A DNA stretch of 64,000 bases from Bacilli bacterium (GTDB lineage: Bacteria > Bacillota_I > Bacilli_A > RF39 > UBA660): NCBI GenBank assembly GCA_017484205.1, contig JAFUTO010000015.1, forward strand, positions 1,836 to 65,835, given 5' to 3'. The position numbers and the translations under genes were made by a program. Positions 1-10,014 of this stretch are shown here, piece after piece. A model generated the notes under the pieces. That model did no database searches and was not told the origin of the DNA. It saw nothing but the letters and a program-made list of their open reading frames with translations. Numbering within the stretch: position 1 is the first letter of the stretch; every line of letters starts with the position of its first letter.

Positions 1-395
<395 letters not shown>

Positions 396-420
396 TCTGA
401 TATGAAAGAAAAAGGATTCT

Positions 421-1365
421 TTAGATAGAATCCTTTATTTTGTCTACATTTTTAAAATTCATTTTAGCTATTTCATTCAATTTATCAAACCCATATTTAT
501 TTACAATTTGTATTCCTACTTTATCAACAGCATCTGATGCTCCTTTAGGTAATACCATACCTAGTTCGCTACTTAATTTATCCATCTCTTTAATAAATAG
601 GTATCTACTTATTAAAGAAGAACAAGCAACAGATAAACATTTATCTTCACCCTTAGTCATAAAAGTGATATCTTTGCAAACATTATTACTTTTAGCTAAG
701 TATCCAAAATATGTTTTAGGTTTAGCAAATTCATCAACAACGATATAGTCATATTTTTCAGTTTTATTTTTCATATCCATTAATACTTTATTATGTAGTA
801 TTGCTTTTAAGGCATTCATATTATTTCCACTTTGATACCTTTCGTTATATTCTTTATTGGATAGAACAACACTACTATATGGAATGAATTTGATAAGCTC
901 TGGAATAACTTCTAATATTTTTTCATCAGTCATTTTTTTAGAGTCTTTGACACCTAATTTCTCTAATTTAGATATATTAGACTTATCTACATAACTAGCT
1001 GTAACAACCATTGGTCCAAAGAAATCACCAGTACCAACTTCATCAGATCCTATTGATGAACTATTGTATATTTTAGGATCTACATAAATATCTGATTTTT
1101 TAGTATTGGTAGAACTATCCTTAACTTCCAAATTCTTATTGTTTAGTTTTTCAGTCGCTATCCAAAAGTCACTTGCTATATCAGCATCTTTACCTTGAAA
1201 TACTACTTTACCAGATTCATATAAAGTAATAACGGTATCTCCATCTTTAGCTTGAAACCTCGCATATTGAGGAGTAGTTGGACGCATACACCAGCTAAGT
1301 TCTTCTTCCATCATTTTAGCAGTATTTTCTGATACTTTAAAAGATATAACACTTGGTTTATTCAT
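421..1365 (-). CDS. rnhC: ribonuclease HIII
   Basis: 314-aa ORF with an N-terminal TBP-like domain and the RNase H catalytic motif GSDEVGTGDFFGP. Size and architecture fit RNase HIII. Confidence 0.8.
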   Translation of the reverse strand: MNKPSVISFKVSENTAKMMEEELSWCMRPTTPQYARFQAKDGDTVITLYESGKVVFQGKDADIASDFWIATEKLNNKNLEVKDSSTNTKKSDIYVDPKIYNSSSIGSDEVGTGDFFGPMVVTASYVDKSNISKLEKLGVKDSKKMTDEKILEVIPELIKFIPYSSVVLSNKEYNERYQSGNNMNALKAILHNKVLMDMKNKTEKYDYIVVDEFAKPKTYFGYLAKSNNVCKDITFMTKGEDKCLSVACSSLISRYLFIKEMDKLSSELGMVLPKGASDAVDKVGIQIVNKYGFDKLNEIAKMNFKNVDKIKDSI

Positions 1366-1447
1366 AAAACCACCTCTAGTACCATTTTATCATACTTTCT
1401 TTATTTTTTGTAAAATTTATAATATAATTATAGTGGTGATAATAATT

Positions 1448-2164
1448 ATGGTAGATTTAGGAATCATTATTTTAATTATTCTAGGTGCCTTTATAGGTAT
1501 GAAAAGAGGATTCATAAAAGAACTTGTGAATGCAGTAGGATTTATTGTATGTGTTATATTTGCTTTTTTCTTAAAAAATCCAATCGCGTCAGTAATGTAT
1601 GATACATTACCATTCTTTAGCTTTGGTGGAATACTTAAAGGTGTTACAGCTTTAAATATATTAGTATATGAAGTTATTGCATTTTTACTTACATTATCTA
1701 TATTATTAGTTATCCTAAGGTTAGTAAAAGTTGCTACTGGGTTATTTGAAAAAATATTAAACGCGACAATAATTTTAGGAGTTCCATCTAAGATATTAGG
1801 CGCGATTGTAGGTGGTATAGAATGGTTAATAATTTCATTTATAGTGTTATTTGTTTTATCATTGCCTATATTTAATAATAAATATGTATATAATTCATTT
1901 ATATATGATAAGATGTATGCTATGACACCATACTTTAGCAAACAAATTAATGAAACAATGACCGTATTTAAAGAATTTGAGGAGTTAAAAAATAAATATG
2001 CTGAAAAGGGTGACGTTAATCAATTTAACCTAGATTCATTAGATTTATTACTAAAATATCATATTATAGATGCTGAATCAGCAAACAAATTATATGAAAA
2101 GGGAAAATTTAAAACAATTAAGAATATTGAAAGTGTATTAGATAAATATAGGGAAGAAAATTAA
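1448..2164 (+). CDS. CvpA family membrane protein
   Basis: Multi-TM protein. The MVDLGIIILI..GMKRGFIKEL N-terminus is typical of colicin V production protein family. GGTGAT RBS 7 nt upstream of the ATG at 1448; the track's GTG at 1433 is less likely. Confidence 0.65.
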   Translation: MVDLGIIILIILGAFIGMKRGFIKELVNAVGFIVCVIFAFFLKNPIASVMYDTLPFFSFGGILKGVTALNILVYEVIAFLLTLSILLVILRLVKVATGLFEKILNATIILGVPSKILGAIVGGIEWLIISFIVLFVLSLPIFNNKYVYNSFIYDKMYAMTPYFSKQINETMTVFKEFEELKNKYAEKGDVNQFNLDSLDLLLKYHIIDAESANKLYEKGKFKTIKNIESVLDKYREEN

Positions 2165-2339
2165 TTTTCTTCTCTTTTTCAATGGAATGTAAACTAAATT
2201 GACAAATATTTACATTTTTTAAGTGTAAAGTTATTCAATTGTATAATATTTAATAGACTTCTATAATTAAATTTGCTACAATTAACTTGAATGGAATAAT
2301 ATGTATTTGAATACATAAATTGTAATAAGGAGTGATTAC

Positions 2340-3218
2340 ATGTTTAATTTATTAGAGATGGCACTTAATAATAATTTTGTATATTTGGCTATAATTATTA
2401 TTTTAGTTATAGTAATTATTTTAACTATACTATCTATTAAAAAAGATAGAGATAAAATGTTGAATATGGCAAAAATGAATTTTGAACCACCAAAAAATGA
2501 AGAAGAAAAAGAAAAGGCTAAATTAGAACTTGAAAAGATAGTTGACGAAATGCAAAAAAATATTGATAAGAAAGAAACTATTAAAGATAAAATAACTAAA
2601 TATGAACAAGAACAAGAAGAGGATGCAATTATCAGTTATCAAGATTTAGTTGAAGCTGTTAAAAATAATGGTGGAGATAGTAAACCTCGTGGTGAAGTAG
2701 GTATGGAAGTTGCTGACACTACATTTATAGAAGAACCAGAGGAATTTAAAACAGCTGTTGATAAACTAGTTGAGGAAATCAACAAAAATGAAGAAGAAGA
2801 TATTACGAATGCTGAAGAGGAAATTAAAATAGAAGAAACTACTGAAGATGAAATAAAAGATACAATGGAAGATAAACACATTATATCTGATAATTTAGAT
2901 GATCTTGAAAAAATGATAGAAAACCCTGCCCAAGAGGATGATGAAGAGTTAGATAGGACTATAAAGATTCCTGTTATAGAAAAACATGCTTCAGAACCAA
3001 AAGTATATGAGGAAAAGAATTTTCAATCTAGTGAGTTTATATCGCCTATATTTGGCACAGGCCCACAAAGTGAAATGAAAGTAAAAGAGAAAAAAGAAGT
3101 ATCTGATGAAGAACTTGGTGATACTAAGGTTGTTAATATGGATGAAATTATTGATGAAAAGTTTGATGATGTTGATGATTTTCTAGACACATTAAAAGAA
3201 TTTAGAAAAAATTTATAA
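2340..3218 (+). CDS. hypothetical membrane-anchored acidic low-complexity protein
   Basis: AGGAGTGA RBS. One N-terminal TM helix followed by a long E/D/K-rich region. No recognisable catalytic motifs. Confidence 0.5.
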   Translation: MFNLLEMALNNNFVYLAIIIILVIVIILTILSIKKDRDKMLNMAKMNFEPPKNEEEKEKAKLELEKIVDEMQKNIDKKETIKDKITKYEQEQEEDAIISYQDLVEAVKNNGGDSKPRGEVGMEVADTTFIEEPEEFKTAVDKLVEEINKNEEEDITNAEEEIKIEETTEDEIKDTMEDKHIISDNLDDLEKMIENPAQEDDEELDRTIKIPVIEKHASEPKVYEEKNFQSSEFISPIFGTGPQSEMKVKEKKEVSDEELGDTKVVNMDEIIDEKFDDVDDFLDTLKEFRKNL

Positions 3219-3241
3219 GTACGAAATATCGTACTTTTTTT
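3218..3241 (+). terminator. rho-independent terminator
   Basis: Stem agtacga/tcgtact with a 4-nt loop, followed by a T7 run, immediately after the stop at 3218. Confidence 0.5.
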
Positions 3242-3304
3242 CGTATGTTCGCTTTTATATTTATGTAAATAATGGTATAATCTTTATGTTTAGGTGGTGA
3301 TATT

Positions 3305-4570
3305 ATGAAATTTTATATATATACTTTAGGATGTAAGGTTAATACTTATGAATCACAAGTAGTACATGATATGTTAATTAATAATAATTATGTGGAAGAT
3401 GAAGATGCTGATATATATATTATAAATACTTGTACTGTTACTAATACATCAGATAGTAAATCATTAAAGATAGTTAGAAGATGTATTAGAAATAATCCTG
3501 ATGCTATTGTAATAGTAATGGGTTGTATGGTTCAAGCTAATCCTGATATATTAAAAGGTATAGATGGTGTAAGTATTATTATAGGTAATAAATACAAAGC
3601 CAATATTCCTGAATTAATTGAAGAATATAGAATGACAAAAACACCAATAATAAAAGTAGAAGATATTTCCAATACTACATTTGAAGAAATGAAATTAAAT
3701 AATTTTGATAGAACAAGAGCTTTTGTAAAAATAGAAGATGGTTGTAATAATTTTTGTACTTTTTGTATTATCCCATATTCTAGAGGTAATGTTAGGAGTA
3801 GAAATCCTAAAGATGTTATAGATGAAGTAAAATTATTAGTAAACACTGGTCACAAAGAAGTAGTATTAACTGGTATTCATACAGGCCATTATGGTGCGGA
3901 TATAGACTATAGTTTTAGTGACTTATTAAATGATTTAATTAAAATAGATGGTTTAGAAAGACTTAGAATATCATCTATTGAAATTACGGAGTTAACTGAA
4001 TCATTTATGAATGTATTAAAGAAAAGCAAAATAATAGTAGATCACTTACATATTCCACTTCAATCTGGAAGTGATACTATATTAAAATCTATGAATAGAA
4101 AATATGATAAAGAGTATTTTATTAATAAAGTAAATGAAATAAGAAACATTAGACCTAATATTTCTATCACAACAGATGTAATTGTAGGATTTCCTGGTGA
4201 GACAGAAGAATTATTTGAAGAGACTATTGATACAATTAAAAAAGTTAAATTTAGTAAGCTTCATGTATTTCCTTTTTCACTAAGGAAAGGAACTAAGGCA
4301 GAGGAACTTGAAAATCATATAGATGAAGTAACTAAAAAAGAAAGATGCCATAGATTAATTGAATTATCTAAAGAGTTAGAAACAGAATATATGTGCAAAT
4401 TTGTAGGTAGTGAAGTTACATTTATACCTGAAGTCTATAAAGAAGGATATCTAATAGGCCATACAGGTAATTACTTATTAGTTAAATATAAAGGTTGTGA
4501 AGAGTTATTGCATAAAGATATTAATGTAGTAATTAAAGAAGTTAAATATCCATATGTTATAGGTGAATAG
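3305..4570 (+). CDS. mtaB: MiaB-like tRNA methylthiotransferase (MtaB family radical SAM)
   Basis: N-terminal MTTase domain LGCKVN.YES. Radical SAM CNNFCTFC motif. C-terminal TRAM-like region. 421 aa. Confidence 0.75.
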   Translation: MKFYIYTLGCKVNTYESQVVHDMLINNNYVEDEDADIYIINTCTVTNTSDSKSLKIVRRCIRNNPDAIVIVMGCMVQANPDILKGIDGVSIIIGNKYKANIPELIEEYRMTKTPIIKVEDISNTTFEEMKLNNFDRTRAFVKIEDGCNNFCTFCIIPYSRGNVRSRNPKDVIDEVKLLVNTGHKEVVLTGIHTGHYGADIDYSFSDLLNDLIKIDGLERLRISSIEITELTESFMNVLKKSKIIVDHLHIPLQSGSDTILKSMNRKYDKEYFINKVNEIRNIRPNISITTDVIVGFPGETEELFEETIDTIKKVKFSKLHVFPFSLRKGTKAEELENHIDEVTKKERCHRLIELSKELETEYMCKFVGSEVTFIPEVYKEGYLIGHTGNYLLVKYKGCEELLHKDINVVIKEVKYPYVIGE

Positions 4571-6789
4571 TGGATCATAAATATATAAAGGGGAGTTTTT
4601 CAAGAAGTTTTTTTGAAGGAAATAATGGATATTTAATAGGTATAATGAAACTTAAAGAAACAAATATAGAAGTATTTGAAGATTATTTAAATAAAACTAT
4701 TACATTTACTGGATATTTTGATAGTTTAAATACAAGTGATACATATATATTTTATGGTGAAGAAGTAGAACATCCAAGATTTGGTTTACAATTTGCAGTA
4801 TCATCTTATGAAAAAGTAAAACCAACTGATAAATTAGGTGTTATATCATTTTTATCAAGTGATTTATTTCCTGGTATAGGTGAAGCTATAGCTACATCTA
4901 TAGTTGATACAATTGGTGAAAATGCCCTTGATTTAATACTTGAAAATCCTAATATACTAAACACTGTACCTAAACTAAATGATAAGAAAAAGAATACTAT
5001 TATTACTAATTTGGAAAAATATGATGAATCTCATAAGATAATAGTATACTTATCTGAATTAGGTTTTAGCATGAAAGAAGCATTAAGTATATATAACTTA
5101 TATAAAGAATATACTATGGATAAAATAGGTGAAGATATATATGATATTATAGAAAATATAGATATACCATTTACTAAGGTAGATAGAATAGCTTTAAATA
5201 TGGGTTATAGTGAAGACGATACTAATAGAATAAAAGCATGTATTATATATAGTATGATAAATACTATATATACTAAAGGAGATACTTATTTAGATAAAAA
5301 AGATATATATAGTGATACGATGCGTTATCTAAATATAGATAATTATGTATATGATTTTGATACTTATTTAAGTGAATTAGAAAAATCAAATAAAATAGTT
5401 ATAGATAATGGTAAATATTATTTAAAAAGTATGTGGGATGATGAAGACTATATTATAGATAAAATTAAAAAGTTATCCAATATAGATAAATCTAATTATA
5501 AGTTAGATAAATACATAGATGAATTAGAAAAAGTATCAGGTATTATATATAATGATAATCAAAAGAAGGCAATTACTGATGCTTTAACAAATAATATATT
5601 ACTTATTACAGGAGGACCAGGTACAGGTAAAACAACTATTATTAAAGCTATTGTAGATTTATATAGTGAGATAAATAGTTATAAAACAAAAGATTTATTA
5701 TCTCGTGTAGCTTTACTCGCACCTACAGGAAGAGCGGCTAAAAGAATGAGTGAATCTTGTTTATTAGGTGCATCTACAATACATAGATTTTTAAAATGGA
5801 ATAAAGAATCTGAATCATTCGCGATTAATGAATTTAATAAAGATGATCATGATTTAATTATCGTAGATGAAGTTAGTATGATAGATATACCTTTATTCGC
5901 ATCATTGTTAAAAGGTCTTAAAGATAATATTAAATTAATATTAGTTGGAGATTATAATCAATTACCAAGTGTAGGACCTGGAGAATTATTAAAGGATTTA
6001 ATAGATAGTAATATGATAAATACCATATATTTGGATAAGCTATATAGACAAGATGAAAATTCATATATTGTATCTTTAGCTAGTGAAATAAAAGATAATA
6101 ATATAAGTGAAAACTTTCTAGAACCAAGAAGTGATTATATATTTTTAGAATGTAACAGCTTTATGATAAAAGAAAGTTTGAAAAATATTATTAATAGAAT
6201 GATTGAAAAAGATATTAATATGAAAAATGTACAAATAATGGCACCTATGTATAAAGGTGAGAATGGTATAGATAGTTTAAATAAAACTTTACAGAGTGTT
6301 ATTAATCCATCAAGCAATGATAAAAGGGAACTTGTAACAGGTGATATAACATATCGTGAGGGTGACAAAATATTACAACTTGTTAATATGCCTGATGATA
6401 ATGTATATAATGGTGATATTGGTATAATTACTAGAATAGAAAAAAATAAAGGCAAGGATGAAATATATATATCTTTTGATGGAAATATTGTTAAATATAC
6501 TCCTAAAGATTTTAGTAAAATAACACATGGGTATATTATAAGTATTCATAAATCACAAGGTAGTGAATTTGATACTATAATACTTCCTATGTCACATAGT
6601 TATAATAGAATGTTATATAGAAAACTTATATATACAGGTGTTACTAGGGCCAAAAGGAAATTGATATTTATAGGTGAAGCAAGTGCTTTCTTATATGGCG
6701 TTTCAAATAATAAGGAAGATCTTAGAAAAACTGATTTAAAAAATAAACTAGAAAATATGTATAAAATATATTTAGATAGTCCACAATAA
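4570..6789 (+). CDS. recD2: ATP-dependent RecD-like DNA helicase (RecD2)
   Basis: 739 aa. Walker A GGPGTGKTT, helicase motifs and a C-terminal SH3/UvrD-like region. GTG start overlaps the mtaB stop (TAGTG). Confidence 0.8.
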   Translation: MDHKYIKGSFSRSFFEGNNGYLIGIMKLKETNIEVFEDYLNKTITFTGYFDSLNTSDTYIFYGEEVEHPRFGLQFAVSSYEKVKPTDKLGVISFLSSDLFPGIGEAIATSIVDTIGENALDLILENPNILNTVPKLNDKKKNTIITNLEKYDESHKIIVYLSELGFSMKEALSIYNLYKEYTMDKIGEDIYDIIENIDIPFTKVDRIALNMGYSEDDTNRIKACIIYSMINTIYTKGDTYLDKKDIYSDTMRYLNIDNYVYDFDTYLSELEKSNKIVIDNGKYYLKSMWDDEDYIIDKIKKLSNIDKSNYKLDKYIDELEKVSGIIYNDNQKKAITDALTNNILLITGGPGTGKTTIIKAIVDLYSEINSYKTKDLLSRVALLAPTGRAAKRMSESCLLGASTIHRFLKWNKESESFAINEFNKDDHDLIIVDEVSMIDIPLFASLLKGLKDNIKLILVGDYNQLPSVGPGELLKDLIDSNMINTIYLDKLYRQDENSYIVSLASEIKDNNISENFLEPRSDYIFLECNSFMIKESLKNIINRMIEKDINMKNVQIMAPMYKGENGIDSLNKTLQSVINPSSNDKRELVTGDITYREGDKILQLVNMPDDNVYNGDIGIITRIEKNKGKDEIYISFDGNIVKYTPKDFSKITHGYIISIHKSQGSEFDTIILPMSHSYNRMLYRKLIYTGVTRAKRKLIFIGEASAFLYGVSNNKEDLRKTDLKNKLENMYKIYLDSPQ

Positions 6790-6824
6790 TAATGTAGTGC
6801 TACCATCATTTGTGAGGTGATATT

Positions 6825-6974
6825 ATGAAAATGAAGAATATGGCTTTATTAGGTATGGGAATGCTTAGTACTTTGGCATTTGAAAAATACGGCGTTCCAA
6901 TGATGCGAAAAGCTAAAAAAGCTATGAACAAAAAGATGAAGACAATTAATAACAAAATTGATCAAATGATGTAA
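6825..6974 (+). CDS. small basic protein (49 aa), hypothetical
   Basis: Not in the ORF track. GAGGTGA RBS 4-5 nt upstream of the ATG. Sequence MKMKNMALLGMGMLSTLAFEKYGVPMMRKAKKAMNKKMKTINNKIDQMM. Followed directly by a strong terminator. Confidence 0.4.
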   Translation: MKMKNMALLGMGMLSTLAFEKYGVPMMRKAKKAMNKKMKTINNKIDQMM

Positions 6975-6977
6975 TTA

Positions 6978-7003
6978 AATCCTCCATTAAGGAGGATTTT
7001 TTT
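6978..7003 (+). terminator. rho-independent terminator
   Basis: Stem aatcctcc/ggaggatt with loop attaa, followed by a T6 run. Confidence 0.6.
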
Positions 7004-7025
7004 GAATGTAGATTTATGTAAAAAA

Positions 7026-7053
7026 ATATTGTATAATTAATATAGGTGATAAA
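7026..7053 (+). promoter_or_regulatory. sigma-A type promoter with extended -10 (TGTATAAT) plus GGTGAT RBS
   Basis: TGTATAAT at 7030-7037. The 30-mer ATATTGTATAATTAATATA..GGTGATAAnATG is nearly identical to the sequence upstream of rnfC (55981-56014). Confidence 0.45.
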
Positions 7054-7425
7054 ATGAAAAATAACAAAGGATTTACATTGATAGAATTACTTACTATTAT
7101 TATAGTATTAGGTATTATTATTGTAATTGCATTCCCATTACTTGCAGATACAGTAAAACTTAATCGTGAAAAAGCTTATAATAAGCAAGTTGATTTTGCC
7201 GAATCAGCTGCAAAACAATGGAGCGCTAACAATGATTATAAAATATCATATAATGAGGATTACTATGTATCTATTGCTGAACTTATAGAAAATGGATATA
7301 TAGATCAAGATGAACTAATTAATCCTATAACTAATGAACCAATGACAGGTTGTGTAAAAATATCTTATGATAATATTTATAATTCTTTTGAATATAAGTA
7401 TGGGGAATATGCTGAATGCAATTAA
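7054..7425 (+). CDS. prepilin-type N-terminal cleavage/methylation domain protein (type IV pilin or competence pseudopilin-like)
   Basis: Class III signal KG|FTLIELL plus a hydrophobic helix. C-terminal Cys pair (C...C), a typical pilin disulfide. Confidence 0.7.
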   Translation: MKNNKGFTLIELLTIIIVLGIIIVIAFPLLADTVKLNREKAYNKQVDFAESAAKQWSANNDYKISYNEDYYVSIAELIENGYIDQDELINPITNEPMTGCVKISYDNIYNSFEYKYGEYAECN

Positions 7426-7426
7426 A

Positions 7427-7450
7427 AAGAGAACTATGTTCTCTTTTTTT
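7427..7450 (+). terminator. rho-independent terminator
   Basis: Stem aagagaac/gttctctt with loop tat, followed by a T7 run. Confidence 0.55.
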
Positions 7451-7625
7451 TCTATGAATACTTTGCGGAAATATTCATTTATATAATGGTATATTTTCTT
7501 TTAAAATATACAAAAATAATGTATAATTAAAGATAGTTAAAAAAGTTTTAATCTCTAGTACTAGTAGATTATGGTAAAAAAAAGTTTAAGAATAAAATAT
7601 ATTAGATATATTTGGAGGTGAATTT

Positions 7626-8816
7626 ATGAATAGAGAAGATTTTAATATGCTTAGTAATAATATTATATATTTAGATAATGGTGCCACTACTTTGAAACCT
7701 AAATTATTATCAGAGGTTACATCTGATTATTATAATAATTATTCGGTTAATGCACATCGTGGAGATTATGACCTTAGTTTAAAAGTAGATGCAGCTATAG
7801 AACATACAAGAGAGTTAGTCAAAGAACTTATAAATGCTGATTCTATAAAAGAGATAGTTTTTACAAGTGGAACTACAGCTTCTATGAATCAAATTGTATT
7901 TGGTTATTGTAACTACTTTTTAGAATTAAATGATGAAGTTTTGATTACAGAGGCAGAACATGCATCTAATGCACTTCCATGGTTTGAATTGCAAAGTACT
8001 AAGCATATAATTGTAAAATCTATTCCTTTAGAAAATAATAAAGTAACATTAGAGAATGTTAAAAGAATGGTTAATGAAAAGACTAAAGTAATTTCTCTTG
8101 CGATGGTTACTAATGTATTAGGTGATATAAGACCTATAAAGGAAATAATAGAATTTGCTCATGAAAGAGGTATTATTGTTATTATTGATGGTGCCCAAGC
8201 AGTACCACATATGAAAGTTGATGTACAAGATTTAGATGCTGACTTTTTAGTTTTCTCCGCACATAAAATGTGTGGACCTACTGGTGTAGGTGTATTATAT
8301 GCTAAATATCAGTATATGAATAATATGTATCCTACTGTATTTGGTGGTGGTATGAATTCATATTTTGAAAGTGATGGAACAAGAAAATATAGTAATGTAC
8401 CAACAAGATTTGAACCAGGTACACCAAATGTAGAAGGTATAATAGGTTTTGGATATATTATAGAATATCTTAATAAAATAGGTATGGATAATATTCATAA
8501 ATATGAGTTAGAATTAAAGGATTATGCTTTAAAGAAATTAAAAGGAATAAAAAATATTAAAATATATAATGAAAATACAGATAGTGGAATTATTGTATTT
8601 AATTTAGATGATATTTTTGCTCAAGATTTAGCTGTATATTTAAATAAATATAATATATGTGTTAGAGCAGGTAATCATTGCGCTAAGATGGTACATGATA
8701 TTATTGATGTCAATAATACTGTAAGAGTATCATTATATTTCTATAATAATAAGGAAGATATAGATGCATTAGTAGATGCATTAAATAATCCTAATATAAA
8801 AAATGAAATTATATAG
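7626..8816 (+). CDS. cysteine desulfurase (class V aminotransferase, SufS/CsdA family)
   Basis: GGAGGTGA RBS. PLP-lysine region SAHKMCGPTGVGVLY. Catalytic Cys in the HCA context near the C-terminus. Confidence 0.8.
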   Translation: MNREDFNMLSNNIIYLDNGATTLKPKLLSEVTSDYYNNYSVNAHRGDYDLSLKVDAAIEHTRELVKELINADSIKEIVFTSGTTASMNQIVFGYCNYFLELNDEVLITEAEHASNALPWFELQSTKHIIVKSIPLENNKVTLENVKRMVNEKTKVISLAMVTNVLGDIRPIKEIIEFAHERGIIVIIDGAQAVPHMKVDVQDLDADFLVFSAHKMCGPTGVGVLYAKYQYMNNMYPTVFGGGMNSYFESDGTRKYSNVPTRFEPGTPNVEGIIGFGYIIEYLNKIGMDNIHKYELELKDYALKKLKGIKNIKIYNENTDSGIIVFNLDDIFAQDLAVYLNKYNICVRAGNHCAKMVHDIIDVNNTVRVSLYFYNNKEDIDALVDALNNPNIKNEII

Positions 8817-8847
8817 ACTAGTTTTATACTAGTCTTTTTGATATAAT
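8815..8847 (+). repeat. 33-bp direct repeat, copy 1 (terminator hairpin plus GATATAAT)
   Basis: agactagttttatactagtctttttgatataat is identical to 9558-9590. It contains the hairpin agactagt/actagtct plus a T-run. Confidence 0.8.
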
Positions 8848-8922
8848 AAATTTAAGAAGATTATAAATCTTCCTAATAGTTGTAAGATGTATGTTATATG
8901 TTTTAACTATAAAGGAGGATTT

Positions 8923-9426
8923 ATGAAGTTAGAAGAATATTATCCAGAGATTATTGTGAATACATCAAATATTTCAAAATTTGGTATAAATAATATTAAT
9001 AATATAAAAGAAGTTAAGTCTAAAATCTACGATTATTTTGATGATAAATATATATCCAATGAAAATATTACTAAACCAATTACAAATGTTGATACGGGAA
9101 TAAACATAGAAATATGGAAAAGTGGTGTAAATGAAACTTTTGGTAATGCAAAATATTATAAAAACTTATCATTAAAAGAAAAGAAATTGAAGTTAGCTAC
9201 AATGGATAATCTAGCCAAAATGATTAAATATGGTAAGATTAGGTCTAAAACTAGACCTAATGATCATAATCCTAAAAGTACTATACAATATTATTATTTA
9301 GAACATCCAATAATTGTAGATGGAATAAAATATATGGTAAATATAGATATAAGAAGAGTTCCAAATACTAATGGAAGATTTTATATTCATTCAATAAGTA
9401 CAAAAAAATGGAATTATTACAAATAA
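8923..9426 (+). CDS. hypothetical protein (167 aa) lying between the two 33-bp direct repeats
   Basis: AGGAGG RBS before the ATG at 8923; the track's start at 8887 lacks an RBS. No recognisable motifs. Confidence 0.5.
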   Translation: MKLEEYYPEIIVNTSNISKFGINNINNIKEVKSKIYDYFDDKYISNENITKPITNVDTGINIEIWKSGVNETFGNAKYYKNLSLKEKKLKLATMDNLAKMIKYGKIRSKTRPNDHNPKSTIQYYYLEHPIIVDGIKYMVNIDIRRVPNTNGRFYIHSISTKKWNYYK

Positions 9427-9557
9427 TTCCATTTTTAAAGGTTGTAGTCACCAGGAAATTTTAAAATCGCCTGTCAAAACTACAACCATTGGATATAATA
9501 TACCACTAATTAACTATATTGTCAATTGTGATATATCAATAATATTATATGCAATAA

Positions 9558-9590
9558 AGACTAGTTTTATACTAGTCTTTTTGATATAAT
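9558..9590 (+). repeat. 33-bp direct repeat, copy 2
   Basis: Perfect copy of 8815-8847. Confidence 0.8.
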
Positions 9591-9605
9591 TAATATGTGA
9601 TATTT

Positions 9606-10010
9606 ATGAAAAAACTAAGTATAATATTTGTTATAATTTGGATGATAATTATATTTTTATTTTCAAATACTCCATCATCTATATCAAGTAACGAGAGTCA
9701 TTTGGTTTTGTCAATATTTATAAAAGTATTTCATTATACTGGTAATGTAGATTTGTTACATACAATTATAAGAAAAATTGCTCATTTTGTAGAGTATTTG
9801 ATACTAGGAATATTTGTGTTGAACGCTTGTAAATACAATGGAGTAAAAGATATATTAAAATTATCAATTCTAATATGTATGTTATATGCATGTAGTGATG
9901 AAATACATCAATTATTTGTTTCTGGAAGAAGTGGAAAAGTATTGGATGTGTGTATAGATACATTTGGTAGTTTAATGGGAATATTTATATATAATAAATT
10001 AAGGAAGTGA
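9606..10010 (+). CDS. VanZ family protein
   Basis: Small 4-TM protein with the conserved KIAHFVEYLILG and SDEIHQ.FV.GR motifs of the VanZ-like family. Confidence 0.7.
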   Translation: MKKLSIIFVIIWMIIIFLFSNTPSSISSNESHLVLSIFIKVFHYTGNVDLLHTIIRKIAHFVEYLILGIFVLNACKYNGVKDILKLSILICMLYACSDEIHQLFVSGRSGKVLDVCIDTFGSLMGIFIYNKLRK

Positions 10011-10014
10011 GTTT

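Noticed and set aside
440-748. 102-aa + strand ORF inside rnhC
   Set aside because: Antisense shadow ORF wholly inside a well-supported gene. Low-complexity Leu/Ser-rich translation, no RBS.
1417-1941. 174-aa minus-strand ORF overlapping cvpA
   Set aside because: Antisense to the CvpA membrane-protein gene. Ile/Asn-rich translation typical of AT-rich antisense frames.
2639-2881. 80-aa minus-strand ORF (Ser-rich)
   Set aside because: Antisense of the GAA/GAT-rich acidic protein gene, a repeat artefact.
3532-3846. Minus-strand ORFs inside mtaB, recD2, mutL, vtc, the large tandem GT, the DUF2142-like gene, mnaA, int, the ABC ATPase, rnhB, the pilin-LRR gene, rnfC and dnaE (for example 6135-6455, 11340-11690, 17912-18121, 24009-24206, 26626-26883, 35705-35950, 46785-47042, 50305-50649, 52772-53182, 54299-54502, 56372-56578, 56731-57018, 61460-61918)
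   Set aside because: All are embedded antisense frames within genes having strong homology-based support. None has an RBS.
6790-6824. Possibility that the small ORF 6825-6974 is a leader peptide or attenuator for the pilin gene
   Set aside because: It has its own strong terminator, and a separate promoter follows at 7030. Nothing suggests coupling.
8887-8922. Track start codon for the cassette gene at 8887
   Set aside because: No RBS there. An AGGAGG sits right before the ATG at 8923, so the shorter form is preferred.
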